From an uncultured Gemmatimonadales bacterium (GTDB lineage Bacteria; Gemmatimonadota; Gemmatimonadetes; Gemmatimonadales; GWC2-71-9): 64,000 nt of DNA. The position numbers and the translations under genes are program-made. Position 1 is the first letter of the stretch, and every line of letters starts with the position of its first letter. The stretch spans positions 32,001 to 96,000 of the forward strand of contig CAWCVB010000002.1 of NCBI GenBank assembly GCA_963798915.1, in the 5' to 3' direction. Of this stretch, positions 59,992-64,000 are shown in pieces. The notes below the pieces were generated by a model. The model searched no databases and was not told the origin of the DNA. It saw nothing but the letters and a program-made list of their open reading frames with translations.

Positions 59992-60163
59992 TGGAGTCTC
60001 CCCCGGACGGGTCAGGCGTTCAGGCGCAGGCCGGACGCAGTGATTGCCTCGGCCCGCCCATTCATTCTATCACCCTGTTACAGTGACTGCCGTGCCTACT
60101 CGCCGGAGCCGGGTATGGGTGCTGGGGATCAGTGTGTCTTGGAGAGGATCAGTGTGCAGCGGA

Positions 60164-60257
60164 ATCGAACGCGGAGCCGCAGAGGGCGCAGAGAATCCCA
60201 GAGAAGGATTGGCTGCCTCGGCGAGTCTCCGCGTCCTCTGTGCCTCTGCGGTGGATA
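60164..60257. repeat. family B inverted-repeat element
   Basis: ATCGAACGCGGAGCCGCAGAGG ... CCTCTGTGCCTCTGCGGTGGAT. Confidence 0.8.
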
Positions 60258-60280
60258 CTGTGGATCAAGAAGCCTCAGCT

Positions 60281-61516
60281 CTACTCGTGCCGTATCGCAT
60301 CAATCGGCGAGAGCCGTGCCGCGCGCAGCGCCGGATATGATCCGAACACCAGCCCGGTCACCACCGATACCAGCGCTGCAATCAGCAGCGTGCTGACACT
60401 CACGCCGGCGTAGATCACCGCGTCGGCGTACTCGCGCATCAGCGCCGCGACGAGAAACGCGCCGCTCAGGCCCAGCGCGGCGCCGAGGGCACTGCCTACC
60501 GCTGAGATGGCGACGGACTCCGAGAGAAACTGGGAGAGCACATCACGGTTGCGCGCGCCGGCGGCCTTCCGGATGCCGATCTCCCGGGTGCGCTCGGTGA
60601 CCGAGGCCAGCAGCACGTTCATGATGCCGATCCCGCCCACCAGCAACGCAATGCCCGCGAATGCGCCCATCGCTACCTTGAAGATGACGATCCCCTGCTG
60701 CACCTGCTTGAGCCGTCCTCCCTGATACGCCCGCACCTGGGCGCCGCCACCTCGGACTGCGACCCAGCGCCGGGTCGCCTCGCGCACTGAATCCACCACC
60801 TCGACGCTCCGCGTCCGGACCACCAGGCGCGGTGCCCTGACCTCGGTGGTCCGGGCCAGCGCGACAGCCCGCGCCGTAAACGGCACCGCAGCGCCCAGCA
60901 GCCGGGCGGCGGGGCCCTCTACCGGGGCCATCACTCCGATCACCGTGAAAGGCGTGCCCTCCAGCGTGATTGCCTTTCCCAGCGCAGTGGTTGCCGAATC
61001 CGGTGCAACCAGCGAGGCAAGCCTGGCTGAGATCATCGCGACACGCGCCGAGTCGGCCAGATCGGCGTCCGTAATGACGCGGCCGACCTGGAGCGGCGGT
61101 CCACCCGGGAGCTCAGCGCCCGATGAAGCAGCGATGACCATGGCGGCGCGCGCCGAGTCGGATCCCGGAATGCCCAACCGGCTGGCACCGCTCACGCTGA
61201 TGCTGACCTTGGCGTCGGCGCCCAGCTGCTGCTGCAGGGACAGCAGGTCTCCCATGTCGTACCGGGCAAAATCGGTCCTCGGCACTGTGATGCCGTCCAC
61301 TCGTTCATCCATTGTCGGCTGGACCAGGATGGTCTGCAGGTCGGTCGTCCGGTCGATCTGGCTCCGTGCAAACCGCTCCAGGCCGTCACCAATCGACAGC
61401 ACGGCGACAAGTGACGCCATCCCCATGATGATGCCGAGGGTGGAGAGCAAAGTCCGAAGCGGACTATCCCGCAGGCTGTCGAGTGCGACCGTGAGGGAGG
61501 AACGGATGGCGGTCAT
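60281..61516 (-). CDS. MacB-like ABC transporter permease (no NBD)
   Basis: PLRTLLSTLGIIMG; LLVGGIGIMNVLLASVTERTREIGIRKA; ends IRHE. Confidence 0.9.
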   Translation of the reverse strand: MTAIRSSLTVALDSLRDSPLRTLLSTLGIIMGMASLVAVLSIGDGLERFARSQIDRTTDLQTILVQPTMDERVDGITVPRTDFARYDMGDLLSLQQQLGADAKVSISVSGASRLGIPGSDSARAAMVIAASSGAELPGGPPLQVGRVITDADLADSARVAMISARLASLVAPDSATTALGKAITLEGTPFTVIGVMAPVEGPAARLLGAAVPFTARAVALARTTEVRAPRLVVRTRSVEVVDSVREATRRWVAVRGGGAQVRAYQGGRLKQVQQGIVIFKVAMGAFAGIALLVGGIGIMNVLLASVTERTREIGIRKAAGARNRDVLSQFLSESVAISAVGSALGAALGLSGAFLVAALMREYADAVIYAGVSVSTLLIAALVSVVTGLVFGSYPALRAARLSPIDAIRHE

Positions 61517-61520
61517 GAGG

Positions 61521-61738
61521 TAGACGGTTAGACGGTTAGACGGCTGGAGGCTGGACGGCTGGACGGCTGGACGGCTGGACGCGAAGAAGCTAACCCATTC
61601 GTCACCCCCGCGAAGGCGGGGGTCCATGAGGGACTCGGGAATGGCGACCCACCCGGATGAGCCCTTATGGATTCTCGCTTTCGCGAGAATGACGAGAGCC
61701 GGCGTTCTCTCCAGCCGTCCAGCCGTCCAGCCGTCTAT
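61521..61738. repeat. nested element: 8-mer array (TRGACGGY)n, family A REP doublet (61595-61694), inverted 8-mer array
   Basis: Read directly. Confidence 0.88.
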
Positions 61739-61747
61739 CTTTCCTCC

Positions 61748-62659
61748 ATGACCGCGCCATCCCCCACCCTCCGCGCCCTCCTCACGGGCCTGATTGACTA
61801 TGCGGGGCTGTTTCCCCCGGCCCAGCTCGCCATGGTGCCGGCGGTGCGCAACTATGCCGGCTACCGCGAGGATGAAAACGCCTGGGCGCTGGGCCGGTTC
61901 ATCGTGCCGTCGGCACGGCTGGATGAATTCGATGGTGCCGCGGCCGCGCATCTGCCCAACGATGGAGAGCGGGATCCCTGGCTCATCAGCATGCTGGGCG
62001 GGCCCGATGCAGGACACGACGCCGAGCTGATCTTTGCCTTCAACGAGCGCCATGCCGCCGCCGGCGGCGGCATGGGCGCCATCGACACGATCGAGGTGAA
62101 GGCAACCAACGTCGATTCGGTGCGCCGCCTGGCCCGCTCGGCGCCCGATCAGGTGCGCGTGTTCGTCGAGATGCCGGTGGCGGACGACCCGGAGCCGCTG
62201 CTCTCCGCCATCCACGATGCCGGCGCGAGCGCCAAGATCCGCACCGGCGGCGTCACCGAAGATGTCATTCCCTCGGCCGATGAGGTCGCCCGGTTCATCA
62301 GCACGGCCGCCCGGTGCAATGTGCCGTTCAAGGCCACCGCCGGCCTGCACCATCCGCTGCATGGCGAGTACCGCCTCACTTACGAGCCGGGCAGCCGCAT
62401 CGCACCAATGTACGGCTTTCTCAACATCTTCATGGCGGCGACCGCTGCGCGACAGGGCGCCGACCACCGCACACTCTGCCGCATGCTCGAGGACGGTGGT
62501 ACCACCGCCTTCCAGTTTGGCCGCACCGGCGTCACCTGGAGCCATGGGCGCGTCGAACTGGAAGATATCGTCGCCATGCGCTCCGACTTTGGTATCTCCT
62601 TCGGATCCTGTTCCTTCACCGAGCCGATGGACGATCTCCATTCCATGGAACTCCTCTGA
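61748..62659 (+). CDS. conserved hypothetical protein associated with fumarylacetoacetase
   Basis: LIDYAGLFPP, AKIRTGG, FKATAGLHHPL, GFLN, SFGSCSFTEP. Confidence 0.85.
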   Translation: MTAPSPTLRALLTGLIDYAGLFPPAQLAMVPAVRNYAGYREDENAWALGRFIVPSARLDEFDGAAAAHLPNDGERDPWLISMLGGPDAGHDAELIFAFNERHAAAGGGMGAIDTIEVKATNVDSVRRLARSAPDQVRVFVEMPVADDPEPLLSAIHDAGASAKIRTGGVTEDVIPSADEVARFISTAARCNVPFKATAGLHHPLHGEYRLTYEPGSRIAPMYGFLNIFMAATAARQGADHRTLCRMLEDGGTTAFQFGRTGVTWSHGRVELEDIVAMRSDFGISFGSCSFTEPMDDLHSMELL

Positions 62660-62677
62660 ACGCCATGATGCGAACAG

Positions 62678-64000
62678 ATGACTGACATCAACGCGACGCA
62701 CGACCCTGAGCTGACCAGCTGGGTGGAGAGCGCCAACCACCCCGCCTCCGATTTTCCCATCCAGAATCTGCCCCTCGGCGTCTTCCGCCGCCGCGGCAGC
62801 GGCGAGCGCCCGCGTGTCGGGGCAGCCATTGGCGACCAGATTCTGGACATCACGGCGGCGCGCAGCCACTGGAACCTGGGCTCCGCTGCTGATGCCTGTG
62901 ACAATCCCTCCCTCAACAACCTGATGGGAATGGGCGAAGCTGCGTGGAGTGCGTTGCGGCGTGCTCTGCAGTCGGTGCTGGCCCGCGGCGGCCGCTTTGC
63001 GGAGCATGCCCGGAAGCAGCAGGGCGATCTGCTCGTCCCCATGAATGAAGCGGAGCTGATGCTGCCGGCGGAGGTGGGGGACTACAGCGACTTCTACGCC
63101 TCGGTGCATCATGCCACCAATGTCGGGAGCATGTTCCGACCCGACAATCCGCTCATGCCCAACTACAAGTGGCTGCCGGTGGGCTACCACGGACGGGCAT
63201 CCTCGCTGGTGCCTTCGGGTACCAGCGTGGCGCGGCCGAGCGGCCAGCGAAAGAAGCCGGATGAGGTGGCGCCATCGTTCGGGCCCTGCCGGCAACTGGA
63301 TTATGAACTCGAGGTGGGTGCGTTCATCGGGCCGGGAAACCGGCTGGGTTCGCCGGTACCGATGAACCAGGCTGCCCAGCAGCTCTTCGGCCTCTGCCTG
63401 GTGAACGACTGGTCGGCACGCGACATCCAGGCCTGGGAATATCAGCCGCTGGGCCCGTTCCTCGCCAAGAATTTTGCGACCACCGTCTCGCCCTGGGTGG
63501 TGACCATGCAGGCGCTGGCGCCCTTCCGCGTGCCGGCCTATCGCCGGCCCGAGGGTGATCCGGCGCCGCTGCCGCATCTCTTCGATCCGGATGATCAGGA
63601 ACGAGGAGGAGTGGACATCAAGCTGGAAGTCCTTCTCCGCACCAGCCGGATGCGGCAGGCCAACCTGGAACCGTACCGGTTGTCGCTGGGTGACTTCACG
63701 CAGATGTACTGGACCATGGCGCAGATGGTGGCGCATCACGCCAGCAACGGCTGCAATCTCCAGCCTGGAGATCTGATTGCGAGCGGAACCGTGAGCGGGC
63801 CGGAGCCCGGCTCGCGCGGCTGCCTGCTGGAACTCACGTGGCGAGGGCGCGACCCGATTGCGCTGCCCAACGGCGAGCAGCGCACTTTCCTGGAGGACGG
63901 CGACGAGGTCACGATGCGCGGCTGGTGCGAACGCGAAGGGGCTCGGCGGGTGGGGTTTGGAGTGTGTGTGGGTATGCGTAGGAGGGGTAGGCAGGTCGCA
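62678..64000 (+). CDS. fahA: fumarylacetoacetase (no stop before the window end; absent from ORF track)
   Basis: SWVESAN..SDFPIQNLPLG, DYSDFYAS..HATNVG, LDYELE, NDWSARDIQAWEYQPLGPF, SGTVSG. Confidence 0.95.
   Translation, partial: MTDINATHDPELTSWVESANHPASDFPIQNLPLGVFRRRGSGERPRVGAAIGDQILDITAARSHWNLGSAADACDNPSLNNLMGMGEAAWSALRRALQSVLARGGRFAEHARKQQGDLLVPMNEAELMLPAEVGDYSDFYASVHHATNVGSMFRPDNPLMPNYKWLPVGYHGRASSLVPSGTSVARPSGQRKKPDEVAPSFGPCRQLDYELEVGAFIGPGNRLGSPVPMNQAAQQLFGLCLVNDWSARDIQAWEYQPLGPFLAKNFATTVSPWVVTMQALAPFRVPAYRRPEGDPAPLPHLFDPDDQERGGVDIKLEVLLRTSRMRQANLEPYRLSLGDFTQMYWTMAQMVAHHASNGCNLQPGDLIASGTVSGPEPGSRGCLLELTWRGRDPIALPNGEQRTFLEDGDEVTMRGWCEREGARRVGFGVCVGMRRRGRQVA

Noticed and set aside
60281..63739. 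1152-aa minus-strand ORF
   Set aside because: Only the last ~411 aa (from 61516) are a permease. The rest is antisense to fahA, its upstream gene and repeats.
63960..64000. Unusual FahA C-terminal extension
   Set aside because: Lies at the window edge with no stop visible and could be an indel error.
1..64000. tRNA, rRNA, prophage, IS element or defence island
   Set aside because: No such RNA structure, integrase, transposase or phage gene recognised, and no obvious compositional break by eye.

Overview
64 kb of a high-GC bacterial chromosome, probably Gemmatimonadota-like. That is an inference from the many short lipoproteins, Tat-exported proteins and carboxypeptidase-regulatory-like domains. 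About 88 mostly accessory or stress genes are present. They include glycosidases (GH89, GH29, GH20, DUF1080), a MacAB-TolC-like operon with no ATPase, an AcrAB-OprM-type RND pump, two MsrA paralogues, a 1-Cys peroxiredoxin, CspA, DoxX/VOC/DinB proteins, TspO, an alkyltransferase-like protein, Uma2, KirBac, udk, YfbK, corA and a partial fahA. I found no rRNA, tRNA, CRISPR array, integrase or transposase. At least 7 genes are broken by small indels, most likely uncorrected long-read errors. The most striking unexplained structure is intergenic. There are about 25 short 7/8/9-mer tandem arrays, often as inverted pairs, two of them telomere-like or G-quadruplex-like. There are also at least 3 dispersed palindromic REP/MITE-like families, one showing compensatory stem changes. 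These elements nest inside one another, bracket a Uma2 nuclease gene and supply start codons, stop codons and C-terminal tails to neighbouring genes. The best protein-level lead is an uncharacterised enzyme immediately upstream of fumarylacetoacetase.
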